Part shown: positions 8,495-17,643 of the stretch, piece by piece
Numbering within the stretch: position 1 is the stretch's first letter
Layout: every line of letters begins with the position of its first letter
From: an uncultured Candidatus Saccharibacteria bacterium
Lineage (GTDB): Bacteria > Patescibacteriota > Minisyncoccia > UBA6257 > 1-14-0-10-44-23
Length of the DNA: 64,000 nucleotides
NCBI GenBank assembly: GCA_964549935.1
Contig: CAZJVT010000003.1
Coordinates: 159,501-223,500 of the forward strand
Direction of reading: 5' to 3'
Made by a program: the position numbers and the translations under genes
Notes under the pieces: generated by a model
Told to the model about the DNA's origin: nothing
Seen by the model: the letters and a program-made list of their open reading frames with translations, nothing else
The model's database searches: none

Positions 8495-9609
8495 GCGAAC
8501 CCGAGAATCCTGGGGGCGGTCGTCAACAGGGCGGCGCGATCGCGAAGCCCACAGGCTCGGCCGAGATGGTGCCCTACAATGTCGAGCGCCTCAGCAAGCG
8601 TGCCGGCGAGCTGGTCGGGAAGTCGCTCTCGGAATCCACCAAGTCCACCTACGGACGCGCGATCAGGGCCTTCAACGACTGGTGCCTGGAGCGCGGCGCA
8701 TCGAGCCTGCCGGCGACCGACATTACCGTCGCCGAGTTCGTCACCGAAGCGCATGACCGGAAGATCGCGGTCAGCACTCTCTACGTGACCCTGGCCGCCA
8801 TCCGGGCCCGGCACCTGGCGCATGGCCATCCATCGCCGGCCGACGGCGAGCTCATCCGGCGCGTGATGGGCGGCGCCGCGCGCGAGGATGCCGAGTACCG
8901 TGTCGACAGGAAGAAGAAGCCGCTTACCTCACAGGGTCCACTGGTCGAGGTCCTGGAAGCGATCATCGCCGGCATCGATGAGACCCGCGGCTTGCTCCAG
9001 GAGATGAAGGAGGCCGGCGTCCCGACTCGAGGGGCTAGAGCATTCGTCATCGACAAGCGAAAGCTCGAGGCACGGCTTCTTGCCGCGCTGCGCGACAAGG
9101 CTCTCCTCCTGATCGGCTTCGCCGGAGCGCTCCGCCGTTCCGAGCTCGCTGCTATCCGGATCGGTCATGTTCGAAAGGCGGAGAGAGGCATCCTTCTTAC
9201 GGTGCCGCGTTCGAAGACCGACCAGGAAGGCAAGGGACGCACGATCGCCATTCCCTTCGGCAAACGGTTCTGCCCTGTCGCGGCCTATGACGAATGGGTT
9301 GTAGCAGCCGGCCTTCACAACGGTCCGGCTTTCGTGCGGATCTACAAGGATGGCAGGATCGGCATGGAGGCGATCGCCGGCGCGACGGTGGCGGAGATCG
9401 TGAAGATGCGAGCGAAGGCAGCGGGGCTTGATCCCAAGAAATTCTCTGGCCACAGCATGCGCTCCGGTTTCCTTACCAGCGCGGGAAAGAAGGGTGCGAA
9501 CCTCTGGAAGATGATGGACCAGGCTGGCCAGAAGTCGGTGAACACGACCCGCGGCTACGTGCGCGACGAAGAGCTGTTCGAGGACAATGCCGGCGAGGAC
9601 CTCCTGTGA
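8491..9609 (+). CDS. Tyrosine recombinase, Cre-like site-specific integrase/resolvase
   Basis: SAM-like N-terminal domain (STKSTY...FNDWC); catalytic LRRSEL (R), SKTDQ (K), GHSMRSG (HxxR), GYVR (Y). Confidence 0.93.
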   Translation: MSEPENPGGGRQQGGAIAKPTGSAEMVPYNVERLSKRAGELVGKSLSESTKSTYGRAIRAFNDWCLERGASSLPATDITVAEFVTEAHDRKIAVSTLYVTLAAIRARHLAHGHPSPADGELIRRVMGGAAREDAEYRVDRKKKPLTSQGPLVEVLEAIIAGIDETRGLLQEMKEAGVPTRGARAFVIDKRKLEARLLAALRDKALLLIGFAGALRRSELAAIRIGHVRKAERGILLTVPRSKTDQEGKGRTIAIPFGKRFCPVAAYDEWVVAAGLHNGPAFVRIYKDGRIGMEAIAGATVAEIVKMRAKAAGLDPKKFSGHSMRSGFLTSAGKKGANLWKMMDQAGQKSVNTTRGYVRDEELFEDNAGEDLL

Positions 9610-10340
9610 TCGGTCTTCTCGCTGGATTGATCGTCGCCTGGGCTTCGGCTGCGTCGGCCGACGTGCGCTACATGCCGCCTGAGCCGCGACGTGTCGGCAT
9701 CATCGAGATCTTCGGCTCGATCGAGCCGGCTGACGGCGATCGCTTCGCCGATGTCCTCGAGCTCGCCAAGACGTCGGCGAAATCTTTCTACGTCGACGGC
9801 GTGCCGCTCATCATGGTGTCCCTGAATAGCGCTGGCGGCGATGTTGCGACAGCGATGAAGATCGGACGCCTGGTCCGTGCTTCGTTCGCCAATACGAGCG
9901 TCATGACAGGCGGCAGATGCGCTTCCGCCTGCGTCTTCATTCTTGCATCGGGAGCCTTCCGCGTGGTTTCCGCGGACGGACGCGTCGGGCTCCATCGCCC
10001 TGTCTTCGCCGGTCCGGAATTCGGGAAGCTGCCGCCGGCACAAGCCCGGGATCGCTACAATCGCATGCTTCGCGAGATCCGCTCGTTTCTCGCTGGCATG
10101 GGTGCGCCGGACCAGCTCTATCTGGCGATGACGCGGGTGCCGTCGCAAGAGATCCGATGGCTGACGCGGAGGGAGGTCGCCGAGTTCGATCTGGACGGTG
10201 AGGACCCTGCGATCGCCGAATGGATCAGGGCCGCTCAGCGCAACGAGATGGGCGAGGAAATGCAGCGCAAGTTCGACGAGCACAGCCGATGCCTGCAGGA
10301 GGGCCGGGCAGAGCAGCAGTGCAGCAGGCTGCTGGACTGA
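9606..10340 (+). CDS. Exported ClpP/crotonase-fold protein (COG3904-like)
   Basis: Signal peptide; LNSAGGDVATAMKIGR, CASACVFILASG and VGLHRP motifs. Confidence 0.8.
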   Translation: MIGLLAGLIVAWASAASADVRYMPPEPRRVGIIEIFGSIEPADGDRFADVLELAKTSAKSFYVDGVPLIMVSLNSAGGDVATAMKIGRLVRASFANTSVMTGGRCASACVFILASGAFRVVSADGRVGLHRPVFAGPEFGKLPPAQARDRYNRMLREIRSFLAGMGAPDQLYLAMTRVPSQEIRWLTRREVAEFDLDGEDPAIAEWIRAAQRNEMGEEMQRKFDEHSRCLQEGRAEQQCSRLLD

Positions 10341-10377
10341 AATCGACGAACTCCTTTTCATGGTTCAAGGATCCCAG

Positions 10378-10650
10378 ATGTCCGCGCGTATCCATATCCT
10401 GGGCGAAGAGGGCGAGATCGAGCGCTCGATCTCGTCGATCTCCGAGCTGGCTCTCCTTTGCAAGGGACGTACGGAGCTGATCGCCCGGCGGGAGATCGCG
10501 AACGACCATCGGATGGGCCCCAAGGACCTGGTCCAGGTCGACGTCGAGAAGACGGCCCGGAATGCCGGCTACGAATGCCGGCAGGCGACGATCGCCGACC
10601 AGTTCGCACAGCTCGGCGACTGGATCTGGTGGGCTGAATTCGAGGGCTAA
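10378..10650 (+). CDS. Small hypothetical protein (90 aa)
   Basis: AAGGA RBS, ATG 10378, protein-like composition. Confidence 0.55.
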   Translation: MSARIHILGEEGEIERSISSISELALLCKGRTELIARREIANDHRMGPKDLVQVDVEKTARNAGYECRQATIADQFAQLGDWIWWAEFEG

Positions 10651-10681
10651 ACGGAGACTCTCGATTAGCCTTCATACATAT

Positions 10682-10690
10682 TGTGGATAA
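10682..10690 (-). promoter_or_regulatory. Perfect DnaA box
   Basis: TGTGGATAA in the AT-rich intergenic region ~70 nt upstream of the 10757 start. Confidence 0.45.
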
Positions 10691-10756
10691 CTTCTAGTCG
10701 ACCGCTACATCTTGTAGCGTTTAAGCTCCCTGCCAGGCAACCACAGGGAGTGCGCC

Positions 10757-11617
10757 ATGACTGCCGTCCGTGTCGCCCAGACCGTCGAAAACCCGTCCCA
10801 TTTCCCCGACCCCACCCGCCAGGCGGTCCCGCTCCTCGATTCCCTGACCGTCGACCACGGCCCGGCGCGCCTCATCACGGAGTTCTTCGCCAGGGCCGAG
10901 GGCCTCATGCGCTCGCACGGCATCCACCTCTGGTTCTCGAACGACTTCCGCGTCCTCGAGCAGATCAACGCCGTGAACGTCGGCAGCTGGTACCGGCTGT
11001 GGCCGGCCTTCACGGCGGAGGGCGGCGCCGGCGCCGACAATGCCTACTTCTTCTTCGGCACCCTCGACGGCCAGGTCGTGGCGACGCAGGTCGGCCGCGT
11101 CTACCGGATGCCCGAGGGGCTGACCGAAAGCTGCAGGTCGCTCCGCTTCATGTATAGCGACCCCGCGACCATGGCGACGCCGGAGGATCGATGCGAGCTC
11201 CTCGGCGAGGCGGCCCTTCATGGAGAGGAGATCCGCGGGACCGTCGTGCAGAGCGGCGGCACCTGGTTCCATACCGAGCACGCCCGCGGCCGCGGCTTCG
11301 CACATGTCTTTCCCAGGCTGTCGCGGGCCTTCGCGCTTGCCCGCTGGGGAACGGACTGGACCGTATCGACCGTCCGCCAGAGCCTGGCCGACATCGGCGT
11401 CGGCAACGCCTATGGCTACAAGAAGCTCTATCCGGAGCTGATCTGGAAGGCGCCGGCCTCGCGCGCCGGCTACACCAAGGACGATCCCCTCAACCTGGTG
11501 AGCCTGGCGCGCGCCGAGACGATCGCGGATCTCGAGGCGGCGGTGGAGTCCCAGCGGTTCGCGGGGTTCGGACCCCGGCGTCCGGACGCTACGCCGCGAA
11601 TGCGGGCGGCGGAGTGA
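10757..11617 (+). CDS. Putative GNAT/acyltransferase-fold protein (LuxI/FeeM-like fold suspected)
   Basis: GGGAG RBS; DGQVVATQVGR strand, motif-A-like GGTWFHTEHARGRGFAHVFPR, and AYGYKK after a helix, in GNAT order. Confidence 0.55.
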   Translation: MTAVRVAQTVENPSHFPDPTRQAVPLLDSLTVDHGPARLITEFFARAEGLMRSHGIHLWFSNDFRVLEQINAVNVGSWYRLWPAFTAEGGAGADNAYFFFGTLDGQVVATQVGRVYRMPEGLTESCRSLRFMYSDPATMATPEDRCELLGEAALHGEEIRGTVVQSGGTWFHTEHARGRGFAHVFPRLSRAFALARWGTDWTVSTVRQSLADIGVGNAYGYKKLYPELIWKAPASRAGYTKDDPLNLVSLARAETIADLEAAVESQRFAGFGPRRPDATPRMRAAE

Positions 11618-12995
11618 GCGAGGAGACCGTCACCACGCGCCTGGCGTCGATCGGCACGACCAGGCGGCCGTACCTGGCGATGCGGACGACGCCGGGCGTG
11701 CCGTCGTCGGCGTGCTCGCGGATGCGCGCGCTCACGCGCTCGAAATAGGGCTGCGAGAAGGTCGACGCCTCGACCAGGGCCTTCTCGACCTCGGCGCCAT
11801 AGGCGCTGTCGGGCTGGTCGGAGACGCGCCGGCCGATGGCGTCGAAGGCGAAGCTGGGGCCGTAGTAGTCGGGACCGCCGGGAACGAACTTGAAGGTGGC
11901 GCGACCGTCGTCGATGCCGACGACCCAGAGCCGGTGCGCCAGCCGCCGGTCGATGAGCTCGTTGAAGATGTGCTGGTTCAGGCCGCGGGAGAGGATGTTG
12001 AGCATGGGGCCCAACGGCTCCATCTCGCGCGCCGGAAGGTCGTCGAGGGCGATGCGCTGCGAGCGGTACAGCGGCACGCCGGAACCGGTCTTCTCGAGAT
12101 GGACGAGCTGCACGAGGCGCGCCGCGGCCGTGCTTCCGGTCGGCGCCGGCTCGGAGATCCAGCCTTCGCCCCAATGGATCCGAAGGCGGGCGGGGCCGGT
12201 CTGGCACGCGAGCCACGCGCGGGCATGGATGACGGCGCGCGAGATCGATCCGCGGGCCCGGGCCAGGACATCGATCCGGCCGGCGACGGGCTGGAAGACG
12301 ACGACGTCGAGGTTGCGTGCGAGATAGCGGGCGACGTCGCAGGTGGACTCGGGCGAGATCCCGTACTCGTCCAGCACCTGCTCGTTCAGCTCGCGGATGC
12401 CGTTCTCGTCGGCGATCATCGCCGTTCCCTCGACGAGGCTCCTGAACCGGCCCTGCGTCTCCTTCATCATCCCTTCGATGACGTCGAGCGCGGAGAGGGA
12501 GTTCGACGAGGTCGAGAGCACCGACCGGTCGAGGTCGACGATGCGGAAGTCGCGCCGGTCGGACATCATGGAGAGAAGCCAGTTGCGCAGCGTCCCGAGC
12601 CCGCCGGCGCTCACCGTGCTGGCCTTGAGCTCGACGGTGACGAGATCCCGGCCGAAGCCGACCGTCACCGGATGGGTCGAGGCCGTCCCGTCGATCCGTG
12701 CCCTGACATGCCCCTCGACGTCGATGACGAATCCGTCCTGGCGCCTGGGCTCGCACACGGCGCGGATGTGGTCGGCGAGATGGGCCGCGACCTCGTTGAC
12801 CTCGCCGTACCACATGCGCTTGACGACGCTGAAGGTCAGGTGCGGATGCGCGAGGTGCCGGGTCACGCGCAGGATCTGGCTCTTGACGTTCTCGCCGGCG
12901 CGCGGAACTCCGGCGAGCGCGCGAAGCCGCATCGAGATCTCGCTCCGGACAGCCTGGGCCCCGCTGTCGGGAGCCGATCCTGGGGTCCGCTTCAT
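11589..12995 (-). CDS. Multi-domain protein: N-terminal HTH-like domain, C-terminal PAS (PAS_5-like) domain; start uncertain (ORF open to 13151)
   Basis: N-term VKSQILRVTRHL...TFSVVKRMWYGEVNEVAAH resembles alphaproteobacterial phage-type small regulators; C-term FKFV..AIGRRVSDQPDSAYG...QPYFE...RYGRLVVPI is PAS_5-like. Confidence 0.6.
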   Translation of the reverse strand: MKRTPGSAPDSGAQAVRSEISMRLRALAGVPRAGENVKSQILRVTRHLAHPHLTFSVVKRMWYGEVNEVAAHLADHIRAVCEPRRQDGFVIDVEGHVRARIDGTASTHPVTVGFGRDLVTVELKASTVSAGGLGTLRNWLLSMMSDRRDFRIVDLDRSVLSTSSNSLSALDVIEGMMKETQGRFRSLVEGTAMIADENGIRELNEQVLDEYGISPESTCDVARYLARNLDVVVFQPVAGRIDVLARARGSISRAVIHARAWLACQTGPARLRIHWGEGWISEPAPTGSTAAARLVQLVHLEKTGSGVPLYRSQRIALDDLPAREMEPLGPMLNILSRGLNQHIFNELIDRRLAHRLWVVGIDDGRATFKFVPGGPDYYGPSFAFDAIGRRVSDQPDSAYGAEVEKALVEASTFSQPYFERVSARIREHADDGTPGVVRIARYGRLVVPIDARRVVTVSSLTPPPAFAA

Positions 12996-13353
12996 GGCGC
13001 GCGGCCGCTCCCGTCGGCGGTTGGGATCCGCGGCATCGCAAATTCCCTGAACCCAGCGAGGATCATCGCCCCAAGTTCTCCAGTCCATCCCGTCGGCCGG
13101 TAACTTTAGCGTTAGTCCTGCATTCAGAACAACCTGGAAGCGCTGGCTCACCGAAAACGTAAGGCGGATCGCCTTGCGAGGGCGGTGGCACCCCGAAAAT
13201 CGGGATGCCGGACGACTTTTCCGGGAAACCGGAATCGGTTACTAGATCATAGGTTTAGAAGCGCTTCTGGACTGCACCGAGGTCGCGGGCGGGCCTCCTC
13301 GGATTTCCCGGGCGATCTCGATCCCCGGCGGCGAGGCCGGCCACGGCGCCCAC

Positions 13354-13710
13354 TTATCCTTGCACGGATCTCACGCGGGCGACATGCGAGCAGGCTTCGA
13401 TCCAATCCTCGTGCTCCTTGCCGGGCATGAATGCGCCGTACTCGATCGCGTGCCTCTCCTTCGTCAGCGCCTCGTGCTGCCCGCGCCAGAAGCGGCGGCC
13501 GTGAAGAATGGAGCTCGCCTCGGAGAGAAAGTCGTCCGGCCTGCAGTCCTGGTCGAGGGCGACGATGTCAGGCGGCCAGGTCAGGTAGGCGGCGAGGGAC
13601 AGGAGAGCCAGGACTGCCTTGATCCTCTGCCCATCGCGATACAGCGAGCGCGCCGTGAATGCCGCCAGCACCAGGAGGATGGAGAGGCCGGCGAACTTGA
13701 GGATGGTCAT
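13354..13710 (-). CDS. Small membrane-anchored hypothetical protein
   Basis: Two N-terminal hydrophobic helices. Confidence 0.5.
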   Translation of the reverse strand: MTILKFAGLSILLVLAAFTARSLYRDGQRIKAVLALLSLAAYLTWPPDIVALDQDCRPDDFLSEASSILHGRRFWRGQHEALTKERHAIEYGAFMPGKEHEDWIEACSHVARVRSVQG

Positions 13711-13782
13711 CGGGCGATCCGAGCGTTCAGTCGAGAGCGGCTTGCATCCGTCGATCCAGGTCTTCCGCGCCGGTTCAGCGCA

Positions 13783-14562
13783 TCACCCCCGATAATCGTG
13801 CGGCCTCAGCCCCTCCGGCTTCCTCGCGATATCCTCGATCCCGATCTCCACCATCCCGGCCTTCCGCGCCCGCTCCTCGATCTCCCCGAGCTCGGCGCCC
13901 TCCTTGAGCCAGCCGACGCGGACGTCCTTCTCACCGAACCCGAGATCCTCGACCGCCTTCAGCCAGGCGGCATGGACCTCGCCATTGCCGGCGACGTGCT
14001 TCGCCTTCTCGGTGAAACCCCAGCACTTCACCGCGGGGAATCCCAGCAGGCTGTAGGTGCGGCGCTCCCTCAAGGGGCAGTTCCACATGTCGGAGCGCTG
14101 CAGCTTGATGCGGCCGGTCCTGTTCTCGACGAAGGCCCACAGCAGCTGGCGGTACTTCGTCGCCTTCTCGATGTGCTTCGGGCTCCGGAAGTCGCAGTAG
14201 GTCGTCTTCGGCACCAGCATGATCCACGTCGCCTCGGGCTTCGCCCCCAGAGCCGCCGAGACGCCCTCGATCGCCTCGTCGGCCGTCGCGTCGACCCATT
14301 CGTCGCCGCCATCCGCGGTCTCGAGGCGACGGAGCCGGCTGCGGGCCTTGACCTCGATCGCCGCGAAGACGCTGTCGTCGCTTCCGGACTTGGGCGCATC
14401 CACATGCCAGAGCGCGACCAGATCGATGCCGCGCGGTGAGTAGCATTGCGAGATCTTGAAGCGGTCGGTGCGATTGCGATCGCGGCCGATCTTGATGCCG
14501 CGATCGAAGCCGGCGTCCTTGAAGGCGTAGATCCAGCCGGAGCTGGGGGCGTGAGCTGTCAT
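13783..14562 (-). CDS. GIY-YIG-like (T5orf172/MUG113-type) nuclease domain protein, apparently duplicated domain
   Basis: GWIYAF...IKIGR...DRF...QCYSP...E...GDEWV; second degenerate copy LLWAF...RIKLQR...RTYS...RVGWL. Confidence 0.6.
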   Translation of the reverse strand: MTAHAPSSGWIYAFKDAGFDRGIKIGRDRNRTDRFKISQCYSPRGIDLVALWHVDAPKSGSDDSVFAAIEVKARSRLRRLETADGGDEWVDATADEAIEGVSAALGAKPEATWIMLVPKTTYCDFRSPKHIEKATKYRQLLWAFVENRTGRIKLQRSDMWNCPLRERRTYSLLGFPAVKCWGFTEKAKHVAGNGEVHAAWLKAVEDLGFGEKDVRVGWLKEGAELGEIEERARKAGMVEIGIEDIARKPEGLRPHDYRG

Positions 14563-14681
14563 GGGACCTTTGGCGACATGGAGAAGGACTGCGTGGACGA
14601 CGCGCGACGGAAAGAATCCTAGCCAATCTCGAATCCGCGATACAACCTTCGATCCCGGTGCCACGGAGTAGGATCGCCTCG

Positions 14682-15092
14682 ATGCCGGATGCGACGGCGA
14701 CGCCCGATCGCGATCTGCCTGACCCCATGTCCGCCTGCTGCCTCTGCGGCCTCGACATCCCCTGCCTCGTCGAGGGCGCCCATGTCCCTGACCGCGCGAC
14801 GGCGCCCGACGACATCGCCCGCCTCTGCCTCCTCTGCCACCGGGCCTACGATCTCGGCCTGATGACCGACGACGAGATCCGCGCCGCGCGCAGCGCCTGC
14901 GACGCCGGCGGCCAGGCGCCGTTCGCCGGCAGGGCCGAGGATCTCCATGCGCTGTGGCGCGGGCGCGATCCCGACTGGTCGCGGCTGCAAAAGGGCGCGC
15001 AGGCGAGGGCAGGGAAGACGATCAGGCGGCGGTCGGCGGCCAGGCGCGCGGCGAGGACGCGATCGGCGAACCGGTCGCCGGCCACGGATTAG
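14682..15092 (+). CDS. Small HNH-type endonuclease with Arg-rich tail
   Basis: CCLCG...VEGAHV...LCLLCHRAYDLG zinc-finger/HNH signature. Confidence 0.7.
   Translation: MPDATATPDRDLPDPMSACCLCGLDIPCLVEGAHVPDRATAPDDIARLCLLCHRAYDLGLMTDDEIRAARSACDAGGQAPFAGRAEDLHALWRGRDPDWSRLQKGAQARAGKTIRRRSAARRAARTRSANRSPATD
14944..15016 (+). repeat. Direct repeat copy 1 (3' part of HNH gene)
   Basis: TCCATGCGCTGTGGCGCGGGCGCGATCCC (29 bp) and AAGGGCGCGCAGGCGAGGG-N-AGGGAA recur at 19400-19456. Confidence 0.9.
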
Positions 15093-15133
15093 TCGGATCG
15101 AAGCTCATGCCCAATCCCTGGAAGGAGGCGCTC

Positions 15134-15499
15134 ATGCGGAGCTTGACAGTCTCGGCCCTGATTGCAGCCGCTCTTGCTGCGGTCGCCGCGCCGGCCGTGG
15201 CCCAGGCGATCGTCTGCACGCCTGCCGAGAAGCATTTCTGCCAGCCCGGGTCCGGGTGCCAGCCGGCACAGCTTGGATCCTGGCTGGCGCTCGATCCCGC
15301 GAAGAAGAGCTACGAACGCTGCGACGCCAAGGGGTGCGACAAGTACCAGGCCGACGTGTCGACGTCGGGCGCCTATCTCACCCTCGAGCTTCCGGGCCGC
15401 GCCGCCTTTGCGCGGATCGGCGCCGGCGGCGAGTTCGTGGAGACGGCCTCGCTGGGCCTGGCGACCGTCATCAGCTTCGGCAGCTGCAGGCCGAGCTAG
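15134..15499 (+). CDS. Small secreted Cys-rich protein
   Basis: AAGGAGG RBS; signal peptide ending AVA/AQA; six Cys in the mature part. Confidence 0.75.
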   Translation: MRSLTVSALIAAALAAVAAPAVAQAIVCTPAEKHFCQPGSGCQPAQLGSWLALDPAKKSYERCDAKGCDKYQADVSTSGAYLTLELPGRAAFARIGAGGEFVETASLGLATVISFGSCRPS

Positions 15500-15552
15500 C
15501 AGGGTCCTGTCATCCGGCTTTCTTCATCCCCGATCCGCGCTATCCTCGCCCC

Positions 15553-16266
15553 ATGTGCGGCCGCTTCTCCAACCGTCTCACCTGGCAAGAGATCCACGAC
15601 CTCTACGCCATCCACGACGACTTCCCGGCGCCGAACCTCCAGCCGCGCTCGAACATCTCGCCGACCCAGGCCGCGCTCGTCGTCCGCCGCGACGCCGACA
15701 CCGGCCGGCGCACCGCCGCCTTCCTCCGCTGGGGGCTGGTGCCCTTCTGGGCCAAGTCCCCGAAGGACGTGAAGATGACCACCATCAACGCGCGCGGCGA
15801 GACCATCGCCTCCAAGCCCGCCTATCGCGAGGCGGTGCGGAAGCGGCGCGCGATCGTGCCGGCCTGCGGCTGGTACGAGTGGACCGGGGAACCTGGCTCT
15901 AAACAACCTTGGCGCTTCGTCCGCACCGACGGCGATCCGCTGAGCCTGGCCGCGGTGTGGGAGCGGTGGTCGCCGAAGCCGGGCGTGCCGGAGGCGGAGG
16001 GGCTGGACCCGGTCGAGAGCTTTGCGATCGCGACGACCGCGGCCTCGCCTGATACAGCCCAGATTCACGATCGCATGCCGGTGGTGCTGGAAAAGCAGGA
16101 CCTCGATCTCTGGCTCGATCCGGATCCGAAGCAACTCGAGCGCCAGTTGGCGCTGATCCGGCCGGCGCCGGCGAAGTCGATCCGGTACTTCCCGGTGTCG
16201 ACGAAGGTCAGCAGCTCAAGGAACGAGGGGCCTGAGCTGGTGGAGGAGATCAGGCTCGAGGCGTGA
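15553..16266 (+). CDS. yedK: SOS response-associated peptidase (SRAP/YedK/HMCES), abasic-site protection
   Basis: N-terminal MCGRF (catalytic Cys2), NISPTQ, RWGLVP, INARGET, GWYEW, IHDRMPV. Confidence 0.95.
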   Translation: MCGRFSNRLTWQEIHDLYAIHDDFPAPNLQPRSNISPTQAALVVRRDADTGRRTAAFLRWGLVPFWAKSPKDVKMTTINARGETIASKPAYREAVRKRRAIVPACGWYEWTGEPGSKQPWRFVRTDGDPLSLAAVWERWSPKPGVPEAEGLDPVESFAIATTAASPDTAQIHDRMPVVLEKQDLDLWLDPDPKQLERQLALIRPAPAKSIRYFPVSTKVSSSRNEGPELVEEIRLEA

Positions 16267-16304
16267 TGCAGAGCGACTGTCGCTTTCGAGTCACTGCTCC
16301 TTGC

Positions 16305-17459
16305 TCAGCCCTGGCCTTCCTTCATCGTTTCGTACCATGCGGCGAAGTCCGCCTCTTCGAGCGCATAGGCGCCGCGCGCCGACTGCCAGACGATGCCCTT
16401 TTCGCGCAAAGCCGAGAGCGCGCTTTGCGCGGAAGCAGCGGTGACCTCCTCGCCCATCGCTTTCGAGTATGCGTCGAGCGCGTCCTTGGCAAATGGCTGG
16501 AAACCGTCGCCCTCTTCCGCTAACCGGCCGAGGACCGCCTGCTGCGTCGGCGTCAGGCTCTCCCAGGTCTGGCGATGAGTGTCCCAAATGCGCTTCCGGA
16601 CGATCTCGGCATTGCCGCGAAGCAGCGCGCCCAGACGGTCGGCCGCGTGCTCGCCCAATGCCACATCCTTCAGGAGGTCGACGAGGAATTCCGGCCGGCG
16701 GCCGATGAGCTCGAATGCGATGGCGACGTCGTCCTTGTCGAAGCGATTGCCCTCCGCCAGCCTCTCGTTGAGCCAGTCGGCATAGGCGTTCGTGAAGCTG
16801 CGATCGAGAAGCGGGAAGGGCGTGACCTGGAGGCCGAAGAAGGGCTGGGTACGCTTGTTGACCAGCTGCGCCAGCTTGTCGCGATGGGAGCCGGTCAGCA
16901 CCAGCATCAGGTTCGGCCCGTCATGGGCGTCGTCGCGCTGGTTGAGCGCATCGCGCGCCGCCTTGAGCGCGAACATCGTGGTCGTGCCTGCCTCGGTCGT
17001 CAGCGCATGCTGAGCCTCGTCGACGATCAGGCAGATCCGCTTCCCGGTTCTTTCGAGAAGAGCCTGAAGAGCGTCTGTCAGCGTGGTCCCGTCGACCGCG
17101 CCGATCTTGTCGACGTCGATCGAAGCCCACGAGCCGCCGAGCTTGCTCAAGCCCACCTTACGCGCCAGCTTCTCAGGCATGCCTGCAGCCGCCTTGAACG
17201 TGGCCTTGATGGCGTCAGCGATCAGCCGGGCAGGGTCCTCCTTCTGGTTGGACCAGAGGTCGACGTAGATCGGGAGGATGTTCCGGTTCTCGAGCTCGGG
17301 CACCAGGTCTCGCCGGAGGAAGGTCGATTTGCCGGTCCGCCTCGGGCCGGCAAGGACCAGCGTCCCGCCCGCGGAGAACGGCGTGGATCCTTCGAGCGCG
17401 TCAGCCAAGCTGGTGGCCAGCTTTGGGCGGGAGAAGTGGAAAGGCGCCGATCCAGCCAT
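16305..17459 (-). CDS. AAA/P-loop ATPase with C-terminal winged helix
   Basis: Walker A GPRRTGKS, Walker B LIVDEAQ, sensor LTGS; C-terminal SAQSALSALREKGIV...RGAY. Confidence 0.85.
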   Translation of the reverse strand: MAGSAPFHFSRPKLATSLADALEGSTPFSAGGTLVLAGPRRTGKSTFLRRDLVPELENRNILPIYVDLWSNQKEDPARLIADAIKATFKAAAGMPEKLARKVGLSKLGGSWASIDVDKIGAVDGTTLTDALQALLERTGKRICLIVDEAQHALTTEAGTTTMFALKAARDALNQRDDAHDGPNLMLVLTGSHRDKLAQLVNKRTQPFFGLQVTPFPLLDRSFTNAYADWLNERLAEGNRFDKDDVAIAFELIGRRPEFLVDLLKDVALGEHAADRLGALLRGNAEIVRKRIWDTHRQTWESLTPTQQAVLGRLAEEGDGFQPFAKDALDAYSKAMGEEVTAASAQSALSALREKGIVWQSARGAYALEEADFAAWYETMKEGQG

Positions 17460-17643
17460 GGGTTATGGTCAATTATGATATCGTCAATAATTTATTGAAT
17501 ACAAACATAATTGTCAATAGAGCACCCAGTCGAGAGAGCCGGAAGATCGTCTTCGACTAAGGCCGCTACGCCGCGGTAAGCGCCTTCATCGACCTGGGCT
17601 CCGACCTGACATTCAATCGGACATTTTCAAGTTCGACATCCTC

